Positions 1-14,359 are shown, numbered from the stretch's first letter. The stretch is DNA of 64,000 bases from Octopus sinensis (GCF_006345805.1 NC_043000.1:160456001-160520000); one strand, 5' to 3'. Notes: a model not told the origin generated them from the sequence alone. Made by a program: numbers and translations.

Positions 1-1326
1 CTTCCTTAAGGTGTTTTTCATTAAATTTTCAGGGTTTTCTGAAATATAATGAATAAATTAAGAAAACGTTTCCACAACATGTCAAAACCATTATTTAAGA
101 GCATAAAACATAAATAAAATATAAAGAAGAATGGGTCAGAAGTGCTGAGAAGAAAAGTAAGGTTGCGTAAGTAAATGTGTGGAGGAGAGTGTAGAAGGCT
201 TATACGTATAGGTAACAGAAACAAAAGAGAAAAATGAGAAAATATAGAGAAAATATGAAAGGATATATTGTCGGTCAGAATCAGGTGAGTCAAGATAAAT
301 CATAAATGTAAGTTTGAAAAAAAATAGAGTAGAAAAGTGTGATAATAAAGCATTCTTTAAAAGAAAAACAAATAATAGAGGACTGGCGGGGATAGCTAAC
401 GATCCCGTTAATACTAGCGCAGATTCACATTTCGGTGAACAAAATGCAGTAAATGAATCCAAGTGTGTAGGAAATAAAAGGGCCGCGAAAAGTAATAAAC
501 GAACTGATGTCTCTCTTTCAACAACTCTTGTCTTTAAACAATAACACCTATTTACATATGTTTAGCTATCTCTTGCAAAGCAACCAACTCCCGTATTTCA
601 ATTCATGTTTTTTTTTAATTCCACGCACTTAAATTTACTTTAAATTCGAAAGCAGGATGTCTTTTCATCAGTCCATATTGTAACAATTGGCACCGGTCTT
701 CCTAGCTACCAAATCTTTTAGCACAGTTGAACATTTCGATCCTATTATCTTATGAAATCAATAGATTCATTCTGCTAACTCATCGCTCATATATGAAGCC
801 TCTACTAGTGCTCTTACTCAGTATGGCGTAAGCGTAGTATTAAACAGTATTTTATGGATCCATAGGATTTGCAACCTTTTTTAATATTTAAAATTTGATA
901 TCGATATCTTTTCTTTGACTTCTCCGAAATTTTATCCAGCCTCATAGATCTCTTCTTCGTTAGGACCTCTCTTTCCTCTTTACACCACTTAACATTTTTA
1001 TTCGTTGTTTTATTCTTCATACAGAAGGAATGGACTATTTATAGATTGGTCTTACTTTATTGATACTTGCCTGCATAGAAATACTTAACAGAAGTTTTAC
1101 CAGGGATTTTTATTGCATTGTATCATGAAATAAAGTTTTAATATATTTAAAAATACAACTAAAAATCATATAGTTACATGTAAAGACTTGAAAACATCTA
1201 ATTAGAATGAAAGACAAACGTCAATAGGTCGTTAAAATCTTTTCGAAAGATACTGTATGTATGTACATACATGTACGTATACACACACACACACGCACAC
1301 ACACACACATACACACACACACACAT

Positions 1327-1358
<32 letters not shown>

Positions 1359-1495
1359 GTATATATATATGCACACACATATGTACTTGTCTATCTGGAG
1401 ATGTATGTACAAGTTTGTTTAGATACAAATATTATGTATGTATAACTGTGTATGTATGTGTATGTGTGCATTATATCTGAATATATATATATGTA

Positions 1496-1542
<47 letters not shown>

Positions 1543-4099
1543 TGCTTACATATGTACATACATTCCAATCCATATATAAATAATATTAATTGCTCAGTTG
1601 TTGGGTATCGCGTATATTTATCACTTCAGGAAGAATTTCTATTGAATTTATTTCAGAATTCTTATGTTTGCTTTGAGTATATCAGAGTAGCATTTCCTTT
1701 CTCAATAACATCAATAAAAAACATGCAAACCGCTGGGATAAATGTTTTCAGAGTATGAAATGGTAGTTTATAGATGAATAAATTGATTTGTTTGCTCGTT
1801 CTGCAAATATTTATGCATTATTTCTACATGAAACTGCAGGATATATGCTGAAATCAACGGTGTATTATTCTCTGTCATAAATTGTGTAATATGTGTATTT
1901 ATTCGAACTACATCCACAGTTTCTGTCGTAAAATCACTGTAACAATCAGAAAATTTTATACATACAAAGCCTCTATGATATTCATCTGATAAAATGTAGG
2001 ATCTGTTGCTTGCTAAATTTTCCAGAAACATAGGATGCAATTAAAGCATGGATGAATAACGATTCGTCGTTATCTCCAACAAAAGCAATTTGCCACTAGC
2101 GCAACATTTCAATAAAGACATATAATTGGAGGGATCTAAGTGTTACAGATATAGAGCATAACAATAATTGAACTAAAAAGCGATAACATCTAGTGAAAGA
2201 TACTTAGAGAACCACCTTCAAATGTGTTCAAAATTTGACATCAAGAAAATCCAAAATGGCCGAAAAGTAAACTTTTCTTTTGATTGAACACTTATCTACG
2301 TCCCACACAGTTTAACAGCATTGTTAATCCAATCCTCACTCATATACAGGAAATTTAAATTGTTTCTTGTTTTATATCCTAGTTTTACTACTTTTCCTCC
2401 TACTCAAAACTTAATTGTATTATATTTGAGCTTCCATAGGTTAATGCCCGTATGATAATAGTCGGTCTGCAAGAAGTTAAAGAAGGCTACATTTATGGGT
2501 ACAAAGAAACTAACAAGATGTTTAGTGTAGGTTCTAGTGGGTAAAACAATGTAGAGATGCTGAGAGGCGTGGTGAAGACAGTTTGGATTGATTGAAACGA
2601 AATACATAATGGTTGCTCAGATGTGGAGGAGAAAGTTTAGCATACGAGGAAATTACAAAGAATGGAAACAAATTTTGTGACCAAGTTGTTGCATTGACTG
2701 TTATTGTTTTGTTTCTGGTGGTGATGGTAAAGTATTGGCAAGGAGGTGGTAATCGTGATGTTTAGCCACGAGTCAACCCTGATCAAACAGACCCATAGAC
2801 TGATCAGAATTTCTCTTGCCGTTGCATCAGCAACAAAAAATTGTATTCCTTCTCAAACCTCATGTAAGAAATACTCCATAACAGAAACCGAGAAATTTCT
2901 TCGTTGACAACATCCTGTAGAAACATCGCGGAAACACATCTAACAAGAGTTAAAATGCTTCTTATAACGCTATCAGGTGTACGAGTATCTGCGATTGAAT
3001 TACCTAATATTTCATTTCCTTAATATGTCTGAAGGTGTGAATTCCGGTATCTTTACATCACTAAGAGGGTCGTATATAACCTAGTGATTGTATTTAAGTA
3101 GATAAAATGAATCTCTTAATTCATTTTATGTCTACTTGTATAGCAACAGCAATGCCTATGGTGTGAATAAAATGTATTGCCTATACTTGTGCGTTTTAGA
3201 AGGGCTGTGTCGGCCTTTATTTCTTTATAAGAAAACTACAGCTTCGTTGACGTATATTTACTACAATAAGAAACATCAAATATTTCGAAGAACCGTATTT
3301 CTGGTAATGAACATCAGTTTTTACACTGACCATGCACAGAAATGTTGTAGTAGTAAGTGAAAAATACCCACTACTACCTCTGATTTCCTAACGGTCTGAA
3401 TAATAGCAGAAACTTCCATAGCATTGCCAAATTATCAGAGTCTCCTGACAGGTTACTTTTCAAACATGTATACATGTTAGCGATATAATACCTAAAATCA
3501 AACGTCGCATTTGGTGATCGCTTTGATCACCAAACGTGGTGTCTTTCTTCTGTGTGTATGCATACACCGACCTAAACAGTTCTCGAAACTTCGCTCTTTC
3601 AGATGAAAGTATCTCAGTAACAGAACAAAGCTACTAGTGCTTGCGGCATCACTGCTATGTTTCTGAAGTGGGTGCGTTATAGAATTCACTCCTATCCCAG
3701 CTAAATTTTCAGTCATATTCCTTCTCTTTTTCTTACCAACTGTTTTTCTAATCTAATTTCTTCTCGCACATCCCCTATTTTTCTGCCTTTCTTCCTGCCA
3801 ACATTTCAAATGCTATCAATATATTTGTAAACATCATCGTTCTTTATCTTGAATCATTTTAGCTTCTCTGTGACAGCTAGTACGGTTTATACAAAGTCAG
3901 ATACACTTATTTTTCTCGTGAGAACTAAAGCTTCATTTTGCATATTCACTGTCATTCTCCCTTATCACAAATATCACGCAATTTAAACACAAAAATTGTG
4001 ACAGATTCACGGACTTGTTTTTGTATGTAAATTACCAGAATTGCATCAAAAATACCAGGATTCCTTTTGAGAGCAATGTATAATCATTCTTGGTTAATT

Positions 4100-4500
4100 T
4101 TGATTATTTCCAAAGTTCATATAAAGCCTACACTGGAGAATGATTACATGAATAAGAAGGTTCAGCTAATGCAGAGAGTTGCAACAAAGATCAAATCCAT
4201 GAGAAAGTATCCTGGCTGATAGGCAAAAGTTCAATCATCGACATGCTTGACCGACAAGTCTGCAAGCACGTTTTCTTTGCTTAACTTATTATTACAACCA
4301 AAACGGTCCTTCACCCCCAGGTATAACATTATTCTCATTCGAGCCACACAGTACAAATCTATCCACATTTCTATTGTTATTCAGTCATCCTCACTGTGTC
4401 ACAATCTCCCAAAATCTGCACCGAATACTTTTGATTAATCACACTTCAGCCTAACAGCTGTCCTCAGGTAGTTGTCCACCAACAGTTTCTCCAATAAACA
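4100..4500 (+). mobile_element. Highly degraded CR1/L2-type LINE 3' remnant
   Basis: Broken translation resembling the CR1 ORF2 C-terminus (VQLMQRVATKIKSMRK...; SLCHNLPKSAPNTF); many stops; boundaries approximate. Confidence 0.35.
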
Positions 4501-4675
4501 GATTACATATTTGTAAAAAAAAAAAAAAATACATAAAATTTTAACATTCTGGCAGGACCTGCATAGAACAACGTTTCGTGTTTCTTCCCTTCGGTTGATT
4601 AACGGAGAAAAATCAATAATTCTTTCTGATATACTTATGCAGTTGTTTTCATGTTTACTTATGTGAAATATAACT

Positions 4676-4927
4676 GATATTGTTATATTTCGGGACGGTC
4701 ATATTTTGTTTGTCAAATAAACACACGCCCTATATATTCGTTCTTTACTTCAGATATATTCTTCATTTTTTCTCTTAAATCTTTCGCAGAAGAGGTCAGA
4801 GGATATGTCACAAAAGATTTCCAGACATAAAATAAGAACAATAATAATTCTGACATGAAGAACCATTATATAGTGTGCTTGTGTTCATTTGGTAAAAAAA
4901 ATTACCATCCCGAAATATATCAATATC
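4676..4927. mobile_element. MITE (252 bp) with 24-bp terminal inverted repeats
   Basis: Left end GATATTGTTATATTTCGGGACGGT; right end reverse-complemented GATATTGATATATTTCGGGATGGT (2 mismatches); non-coding interior; no clear TSD. Confidence 0.75.
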
Positions 4928-4940
4928 TTTCTGATATATA

Positions 4941-6207
4941 TTATGTTGGCAAGAAAGTAATTTCAGTTTTTGCAAATAGAGTTACGATTTTTTAATGACT
5001 TTTGACAATGTTATAATTTTTTTTCCTTTTAACATTTGGTAGCCGTTACTTTTAGCTAACTTTAGGAGCAAATTGCGCATAATTTTGTTTACAGCTGTTA
5101 ATTCAGTGTTAATTTTAACATGAAGTGCAAAAGCGACAATTTTCACCATATTTTGCTTTTTTATTTCCACAAAGGCAAGAAAGCTGTTAAGGCTCACGTG
5201 ATATGAGAAGTTTATGGTGTTGATTGCTTTACAGAAATAGTTTAAACCATTGCGTTCTGGAGGCTTTTCACTCAAAGATGACCAACGTTCTGGTCGACCT
5301 ACTGAAGTTGATGAGAACTGAATCAAAGACATAAGTGAATCTGATCGTCATATGACTGTGCGAGGGATTGCAGAGAAATTGAATGTATCACATACAACAA
5401 TTAAAAAAACACTTAAAATTTCATGGACTCGTTAAGAAGCTCGATATTTGGGTTCCACGTGAATTGAAAGAGATTCACTTAACACAACGAATCAATATTT
5501 GCGATATGCATCTCAAACACAATGAAATCAATCTTTTTTTTGAAACGAATCATCACTGGTGATGGTAAATGGATTGTCTACAGTAACATCAATCAAAAAC
5601 GACCTTTATCCAAGCGTAATGAAACAACACAAACCTCATCGAAAGCTGAATTGCATCAAAAAAAGGTCATGCTGTCAATTTGGTGGGATTACAAAGGTGT
5701 TGTGTATTTTGAGCTGCTTCCAAGGGATCAAATAATCAATTCAGATGTTTACTGTCAGCATGGAATGAAGCTGGAGGAAGCAATCAAAGTCAAACAGCCA
5801 GAATTGGCAAATCCTAAAGGAATCGTGTTCTATCATGACAACGCTAGACCTGACAAGTCTTTGCTAACTCGTGAAAAATTATTGGAGCGTGGTTGGGAAG
5901 TGATGTCACATCCATCATATAGCCCTTACTCTGCACCATCAGATTACCATTTATTTCGTGATTTGCAAAAACCTTTGAATGGAAAAACTTACAATAATGA
6001 AAACCTGAAATCGCTCTAGCTTCAGTTTCTGGCTGATAACAACCAGAAGTTCTATGAGCGCGGAATCATGAAATTGCCAAAGAGATGGCCAAAAGTCATC
6101 AAACAATAGGGAAAATATATAATTGATTAAAGTTCATTCTTTGTATGAAAAAGAAAATGATTTTTATTTTACACTAACAAATCAAAATTACTTTCTTGCC
6201 GACCCAA
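4941..6207 (+). mobile_element. Full-length defective mariner (Tc1/mariner) DNA transposon, 1267 bp
   Basis: TIRs TTATGTTGGCAAGAAAGTAATTT and (rc) TTGGGTCGGCAAGAAAGTAATTT, both flanked by TA; interior has WVPREL, ITGDGKW, WWDYKG, HDNARP and YSPYSAPSDYHLF motifs. Confidence 0.95.
5522..6019 (+). pseudogene. Mariner transposase catalytic-domain fragment (disrupted ORF)
   Basis: 165-aa ORF with ITGDGKWIVY, VMLSIWWDYKGVVYFELL, FYHDNARP, HPSYSPYSAPSDYHLF; the N-terminal HTH region upstream is frameshifted. Confidence 0.9.
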
Positions 6208-6284
6208 TATATATGTGTGTATGTATGTGTGTATGTGCGTGCGCATGAATGTGTATATGTGTGTATGCGTGCGTGCGTGTTTGT

Positions 6285-6318
<34 letters not shown>

Positions 6319-6344
6319 TATCATATATACATATATATATATAT

Positions 6345-6850
<506 letters not shown>

Positions 6851-8269
6851 CACACATGTGTGTCAATATCATTGCATATGTGGATCTAATTACATGTAAA
6901 GCTTATCAAGTATTTTATATCTATTTAGTAATGCATGTAATATCTAGTAGTTGTGAACATTTGATAAGTCTTCTCTGTCTCAATTTGTTGACCCCCAACC
7001 TCTGAACGATGGTTAGACATGTTACTATGTTCTCCAATAATTATTGGTTGATATCAAAAGTTATAGGATGGTTAGAATATCTGCACATTTCTCATTAGAT
7101 CAGCATAGAACATAGTGTGACATTTAAAAGTTATAATGTCATCCACTGAGAAACTGCTTCTGTGGTTTCTTCTCTTTGTTTTAAAACATCATCTTTGGTG
7201 TGTTATGCTGACATTATTTTAAGACTTGGCAGATACTGTTTTATCCTATTTATACGTGGATTGTAGTAGTGACCGTCATGTATCGTATGGGTTTTGCAAC
7301 ACGATGATGACAATACAACGAAAGTCTTCCAGATTAAGTGCGAGTTCTGCTATCGCATGAAGCTATAGCATTATTTCTTTCTGACTTTCTAAAAATGTTT
7401 TCTTGGCAGAGATATTGGGATTGTTTGCCATTGCCCTCCTCTAACTGGATAGCCATTGGCCCGCAAGGATTTCGTCCGTCCTTTCGACAGGTCTTGCTTT
7501 CAGTCCTGCTGGTAGTCCAGACACCATGTTCACAAGAGTAGCAAGCCCTCCATATTGCTGCATCTTCTTATACTTGTCTGTTCAGGATTATCCATCCAAG
7601 GAACGCCGGTATGTAATGCTTCAATCACGATAATGAGTCTCACAGTTAAGTAGGCAATGTTTATATTTACAGACAATTACGAATAATGTGGGTGATAGTC
7701 TTATTGTTATTTCCACTATGATAGCATTGGGTGTCACGTCCAAGTGATTTACCGGCAATTCCGACCCATTAGAGTGCAGGTATTTTATGTTTATTTAATG
7801 CTTTAAAATTGCAATCAAACCAAAAAGAATAAAGAAAGAGATCTCTTCGATGTCGGAGCTCATATTTCGGCCGTCAGTACAAACTACCGTTTGTCAATAT
7901 TGCCATCAAAAGAAGCCTTCTGTAATTATACGTATGCAAAACATTTTTCTAGTAAGTATACAATATCTCTTTAAATGACAGGTTGCCATAGTTTATTATA
8001 TACGTGGTCATAAGTCAGGGAAAATTTATTGATAAACTCTTTTCCAACGCTTATGACCTAAAGTTGTACCTCAACATTTGCTGGTTAATATATGTTGCCG
8101 AATGGATATGATGCAACATCCGGAAGCTGTTGGAATAAGTCTACCCCGAAAAAACATCATACTCTCAGAACAAACGTCATAGAAGTCTCTGTTGGATTAA
8201 TATTTGGCGGAATGATCTTCAAGTTTGTCCTGTTCGGAATTCAAGGAAATAATTAACGAAATAGCAACA

Positions 8270-8294
<25 letters not shown>

Positions 8295-8302
<8 letters not shown>

Positions 8303-8510
8303 TCTTTTACTTGTTTCAGTCATTTGACTACGGTCATGCTGGAGCACCGCCTTTAGTCGAGCAAATCAAAGCCCGAGACTTTGTAAGCCCAGTACTTATT
8401 CTATCGGTCTCTTTTTGCTGAACCGCTAAGTGACGGGGACGTAAACACACCAAAGCAATGCTAGGGGGACAAACACAGACACAAACACACACACGTATAT
8501 ACATATATAT
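8295..8510 (-). mobile_element. 3' half of a tRNA-derived SINE (split by a LINE insertion)
   Basis: CTCTTTTACTTGTTTCAGTCATTTGAC...GGGGGACAAACACAGACAC followed by the internal CA/TA tract; assigned as partner of the head half at 10711-10873 from my recollection of this octopus SINE family. Confidence 0.7.
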
Positions 8511-8940
8511 AAACTTAGATAAACTTAGATATGTTTCGACCAAAGATTGGTCCAGGCCATGTCAAACTTAATAGCACCACCTGATAGGATTATTCGAATC
8601 CTGTTTAAGTCAAGTTTTGTTCAAGTAGTGAGTTCTTGTTGGGTGAGTTGTATCCAATTATGGGTGGCTTATCTGGTATTCTTTGAAGGAATCTATCCAG
8701 ACTCTGTTTAAAGTTGATGGGATCCTTTTCCTCTTTGATCTCCCTCGGGACAATGTTAAATAGGGCAGGGCCTGTTGAGGAAAACAAATTATGTTGCAGT
8801 GTACATGTAAGTTGTGATCTTGAATTGGGCAGGGGACGTATGGCCCGTGGTCCCAGTCTTGGATGAACCTTGAAGCTAATGTTCAGGTCGTTTGGGCAAA
8901 GTTGACGGTATATTCTCCACATCGTACAAATGATGTACCG

Positions 8941-9921
8941 CTAACGGCGACGCTGGAGGGAGTAAAGTTTCAAGGCTTTAAGGCGATCCCAATAATCGAG
9001 AGCAGCCATGCCTTCAATTTGTTTAGTGAGTGCCCTCTGGGGTGACTCAATTCTGGAGATGTTTTGTCTTGTGTGAGGAGACCACAGTGGGCAGCAGTAT
9101 TCAAGGTGTGGCCGTACAAAGGAGGAAAAAAGTGTTATGATGACACCTTGTTCTCTGGACCGGAAAGTTCTTAAGATCCAGGAACTCATCCTACGAGCTA
9201 TATCGACCTTCTTGTTGATGTCTGCACTCCAACTGAGATCGTCATCAACAATTACACCCAGGTCTCTGATATTGTTAGAGGCTGTGAGCGGTTCCCCTGT
9301 AGGAAGAGAGTATGGTTGTTTTAGTGAGGAATTTCTTCCAAAATGCATCAGCTCAAATTTTCCCTCATTCAGTTGCATTTTGTTTCTGTCTGCCCATTGA
9401 CTCACAGCATATAGATCAGACTGGAGTTGAGTTCGGTCTGCTTCTTCATTGACTATTTGCTGGAGCTTAGTGTCATCAGCAAATATTTTCACTTTGCAGT
9501 AATATACGACACTGGAAAAGTCGTTTACGTAAATTAAGAAGAGTAGCGGACCCAAAACAGTTCCCTGGGGAACACCGCTGGCGACTTTTGCTGGGTTTGA
9601 GTGGACTCCATCAACTACAACATGTTGTGTTCTATTCGCCAGGAAATACTTAATCCAGTGTAGAACTTTTCCACGGATTTCACCGTTTGCCAATTTTGAG
9701 AGTAGGATGTTATGGTCTACCCTGTCGAACGCTTTACTGAAGTCAAGATATATGACGTCAGAGTTCGAACCTGTTCCCAATGCTTTGAGTACATTTTCAA
9801 TGTGGTGTAAGAGCTGTGTTAGACAGTCCCTGCCACAGCGAAAGCCATGCTGATTTGCAGTTAGGAGTTTGTGGGTCTCCAGGAAGTCAGCTATCCTTGA
9901 TCTTAACACTCTTTCAAACAT
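8941..9921 (-). pseudogene. LINE reverse transcriptase domain (CR1/L2 type)
   Basis: NQHGFR, YLDFSKAFDRVDH, SGVPQGTVLGPLLFLIYVND, IFADDTK, DLGV, FVRPHLEYCCPLWSP motifs. Confidence 0.95.
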
Positions 9922-10017
9922 TTTAATGATGTGGGAGGTGAGTGAGATTGGGCGATAGTTGACTGCGAGGGATCTGTTTCCCTGTTTGAAAACCGGGATG
10001 ACCGACTGGGATAGAAA

Positions 10018-10710
10018 CTACTTCGGTATATAACCTGCGTCTAACGAATTTCTCCAGAGGTTGGTTAGAGGGACTGCAAGTTGGTATCTACATTCCTTCA
10101 GGAGGCTAGCGGGAAATCTATCAGGGCCTACAGCAGAGTAATGTTTGACCTCATTTATTGCTGCTACGATGTCAGTGGCAGTGAAGGTTATGTCTGAGAT
10201 TTTATGTTGGGAGTCAACTTCGTTCGCTTCTCTTACGTCAATATCAGTGGGAACAGTAAAGACAGAGCAGTATTGTTTCTGCAGTATTTCTGCCATTTCT
10301 TTAGCATCGTGTTGGGGAATGCCGTTAGCATCAATCAATGGCCCAATGGGTGAGACAGTGGTTCTATGCTTATTTGCATAGGAATAGAACACGTTTGGGT
10401 TCTGTTTGATGTTTTTGATTACCCATTGTTCCTCCACAGCTCTTTGATTTTCAATGGAGGTTTTCATGTTAGTCTGCAGATAAAGTTTTTCCAGCTCTAG
10501 TCTTTTCATTGTTGTTGAATGTGGATGTTGCGTGTGGGAATATTTTAATTGGTTGATTTTTTTGTTGAGTCTTTTGATGCGCCTGATGAGTGTTTTTTTC
10601 TTTTTAGGGAGCCGGTTTCTGTTTGTGTTAGTAGATTTCTTGGGAGCGTGTTTAGAGCATGTGTCGGTGACAATGGTTTCAAAGTGCTGCCACGCGGTCT
10701 CAATATGAGA
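10018..10710 (-). pseudogene. LINE ORF2 linker region upstream of the RT
   Basis: FYSYANKHR, MAEILQKQYCSVFT, SAVGPDRFPASLLKEC motifs; same frame as the RT across a single TAG at 10018-10020. Confidence 0.85.
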
Positions 10711-10873
10711 ACGACAGGCTTCTTTCAGTTTCCGTCTACCAAATCCATTCACAAGGCATTGGTCGGCCCGGGGCTATAGCAGAAGACACTTGCCCAAGAT
10801 GCCACGCAGTGCGACTGAACCCGGAACCATGTGGTTGGTTAGCAAGCTACTTACCACACAGCCACTCCTGCGC
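10711..10873 (-). mobile_element. 5' (tRNA-head) half of the split SINE
   Basis: Minus strand GCGCAGGAGTGGCTGTGTGGTAAGTAGC...CCGGGTTCAGTCGC (A-box and B-box like); highly similar to 24121-24284. Confidence 0.85.
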
Positions 10874-11779
10874 ATGTAAAAAAAAAATAAAGTTCATACT
10901 AAATCTGAATCTGTTGGTTAGTGCATATATATATATATATATTTCAGAGAATACAAATGACAAACTTAATCACATATTTTTGTTAAACTTGATCTCACGC
11001 ATAAACTTAAACTCGTGTATCTGCTTCCTTTCTATGCACGTGTGTCTGTATATTGAATTTCTATATGTTAATTGTGCATATATTTACCTAGGAAAAATAA
11101 ATAGAGCATTCCTGGAATATTTGTTAAACTTGCATTGGGTATCTAATGTATCATATTTGGAAAATGAGAATAAATATTTAGTGTTCGTTTTTGGAGTGCT
11201 ATACATTTGTAGATTTTTTTACGCAGATTAGTTGTTACGTAGCTCGTTGCGCCTACGACAATCGGTACGAATAAAAATCTATAACCTTTATACACTAGCT
11301 TCAATTTGTTTCTTCACTAGACCTCAATTAATGTTATTTATTGCCCCGATTTTTCAGGAAATATTCTCGTCCACCGCTGAACTGATCTCACTGTTCCTTA
11401 TAGTAATACCCGATCAGTTGTACCTTATCGAATTTGCTGTTTTTACAGAAATGTTTGACACATATTCATTATTTTCAAAGGGTTGGATACATTCTGGCTC
11501 TTTTATGATTTTGGTTATGTCTTCATAATAATACATTCCTAGATGGTTTTTGCGACATTGTCATGCGTTTTGCAGGGGTAGTAACTTGCTGAATTTTGGA
11601 TAATTTCTGAATTTACATATATCGTCAGCACTGGTATGGCACAATTGATATTTTCTGTTACAACATAGAAGTATAAAAGCATACCTATATCTTCAGTTGA
11701 TCAGATATTTAGTACCTCTTCCCTTTTTCTGGGTAGCAAAGACCTAATTGTCCAAATGAAAAATGATATATTTGTCGGA

Positions 11780-12590
11780 GAACTCCATGCTGATGATTAG
11801 GTCTTTTCTCTTGCATAGCCGTGTTGACACGTTCCATCTGTTGAACACAGAGTTCCGCGTCGAGCGTTTGGTTCCGTTCAAGCAATTCGTAATGGGTAAT
11901 CCCTTCCAAGTCCCACCATACGCACAACATCGTTTTACGCGAATGAATATCTTGTTTTATGCGCGGTGTCGCTTGTTTACCGGGACTAAGCCATTCATTA
12001 GGCTGTTTCATATTGATGTACATGCCCCATTTTTCGTTGCCAGTAACGATTCGGTAAAGAAATCATTGCTTGCGTCTATGAGATTGTGGCTCGTTGATTT
12101 TTGTTGTTGTCACTTAAAGCATGCGGAACCCATGCTTCATACTTCTGAAGCTTGTACATCGAGTGACGATGCTTCTCTACAGCAGTACGGGAGCATTCCA
12201 TTTTCTCTGCCAGTTCCCTTGTCGTTTGACGAGAATTTTCGTGCAAAAGTTGGTTTAATCGCTCTTCATCGAACTCAACTAGACGGCCAGAACGAAGTGC
12301 GTCTTTGAAGTCAAAATTTCCATTTTGAACTAGGCATACCAATCACGAGCAGTTCTTTCAGCTATGGCACCCTCTCCATAGACAGCACAAATGTTGAGAG
12401 CAGCTTTTGCAGCCTTAGAACCTTTATTGAAAGCAAAACGAAGGAGGTGTCAAAAATACTCATTTTTCTTAACTTGACATTCCATTTTAAGGACCTGAAA
12501 ATAAACAAAAATTAACTAAAATTAACTAGGAAAAACAATATAGATTCCAAAATGATTCAAATACAGAATTCTCGAAAAAACCACAACTAC
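11780..12590 (-). mobile_element. Truncated mariner remnant
   Basis: ORF pieces RSGRLVEFDEERL...QTTRELAEKM...WVPHAL and MLCVWWDLEGITHYELL; C-terminus missing; possible TIR stub AAAAAACCACAACTAC near 12575-12590. Confidence 0.88.
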
Positions 12591-13289
12591 CACGATGTTC
12601 GGCTACGCAAGAGCACCACGTCATTTCCGCTTGGTCAACTCTCCACCTCTAGTATCTCCGTTTTTGGCCTCGCCCTGCACCACGGATCCACACTCTACAG
12701 GCTCCGCCTGGAACAGCGATACATTTTCAGTCTACAAACATTAATAACTCTCTGATTCAACCTACCCTCTTAACGGTGATCTCTACACCCTCCCTAAAAA
12801 AGCAATTTTTATTTTATTTTATCGTATTTTATCCTCTCTTATACCCACTGTTTTTTACACTGTTACCTATTTTATCGATTTTTTATTGTTGCCATTTAAA
12901 ATTTTTTTAATTATATTAATTCTCTTATAATTATATTAATTTCTATTTTATCCCTTTTATTTTAATTTTTTATGTTTATTTATTTATTTTATATTTAAAT
13001 TTTTATTTTTATTTTTATTTTATAGTTAAATTTTTATTTTAATTTTTATTTTATATTTTAATTTTTATTTTTTATTTTTATTTCATATTTAAATTTTTAT
13101 TTTTTATTTTTATTTCATATTTAAATTTTTATTTTTTATTTTATATTTAGAATTTTAATTTTTTATATTTCGCTTTTCACCTTGTATCTGTTATTTTTAG
13201 CATTTTATATGCATATTTTGTCTTTTCATCTTATAACCTTCACTTTTCCCCTTTTATTTCTATCGATCTTACTTTACTATATTTGATTT

Positions 13290-13960
13290 TATTTCTGTAT
13301 GCACACACATACACACACGTATATATACACACACATACACGCACGCGCACATACATGAACGCACTCATACCTCACATATACCTCCCACACAAACCACACA
13401 CATGCACACAACACACATACAAACACGGACACACACGCGCGCGCACATACACACACAGGACTACACACATACATGCACACACTTACACACAGCTACATGC
13501 ACATACACACATTCACGCACACACATGTACGCACACGCGCACACACGCACACGCACTGGAAAGCACATATATCTCCACACACACAATCCCAAACACCTAT
13601 ACACCCGCAGACACACGCACGCACATACTCGCACACACAGATATACACACGCATACACATACACACACATATACATGCACCACGCACACAACCCAAAGTA
13701 CACACACATATGCACACGCACATACACACACACGTGCACACATATAAACATGCGAACACACACACACGCACACGCGCATAAACGCACACATACCTCACAC
13801 ATACACAACACACTCATACATACACACACATAATTACACATATATTTCCATTCACACTCGCACAGATGCGTGAACACACTATACACAGAACACACACACA
13901 TAACGTATACATACACTCTCACACATACATACATAGACACGCGCACACATACTTCAAACT
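13290..13960. repeat. Long degenerate (CA)-rich low-complexity tract
   Basis: Directly visible; source of spurious His/Thr and Cys/Val ORFs. Confidence 0.9.
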
Positions 13961-14324
13961 GCCAATCAAACACCTTTCTACAGACCATTCCTCTACGCAC
14001 ATATGAAGAGTCACACAACTACACGAAGGACCATCACTCCTCCTACCATGCTTCTGAATTCTTCCTAAATATTAAGGGACACGAAATTCACTCACACAAA
14101 CACATATAAAGAGCCAACATCACTTGCACAACACACACACAGACTGCGCACACATACATTCATAGACACGCACATACCTTCTTCTCTTACACTCTCTTGT
14201 CTTAGAAAGAACTTTTTCTTCACCCATTCTTTTCCTGTCATTTCAAAATGTAACTACATGTGAATCTTTGGCGATATTTTTTTCCTCCGTCTTCCTTTTC
14301 TCTTGGACATTTCCTCTGTCTCCT

Positions 14325-14359
14325 GTTTCTGAAGAAGCGCTTTGCTCGAAACGTAAAAC
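14325..14359 (+). ncRNA. Minimal type I hammerhead motif, family A copy 1
   Basis: GUUU-CUGAAGA-A-GCGC-UUU-GCUC-GAAA-CG-UA-AAAC: stem I GUUU/AAAC, intact core, one mismatch in stem II. Confidence 0.7.

Larger units (their letters stand above)
8511..10710 (-). mobile_element. 5'-truncated CR1/L2-group LINE, young
   Basis: ORF2 remnant with RT; 3' tail of two tandem ATCTAAGTTT 10-mers at 8511-8530; a single reading frame from 10710 to 8605 interrupted only by two TAG stops. Confidence 0.92.

Noticed and set aside
282-290. Perfect splice donor CAG/GTGAGT
   Set aside because: No supported exon or acceptor upstream; expected by chance in 64 kb.
625-680. Minus-strand CUGAUGA followed by a short stem (possible hammerhead)
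   Set aside because: GAAA is replaced by GAAU and no stem I can be formed.
1768-2607. Short ORFs of ordinary composition (90 aa and 67 aa)
   Set aside because: No recognisable motif and lengths are within chance expectation; an exon cannot be excluded without RNA data.
7330-8250. Higher-complexity stretch that may be an old transposon or exon
   Set aside because: All frames I translated contain stops and no motif could be identified.
10711-10752. ATG start of the 244-aa ORF at 10752
   Set aside because: It lies in the SINE half; the frame runs by chance across the SINE-LINE junction and is not a native start.
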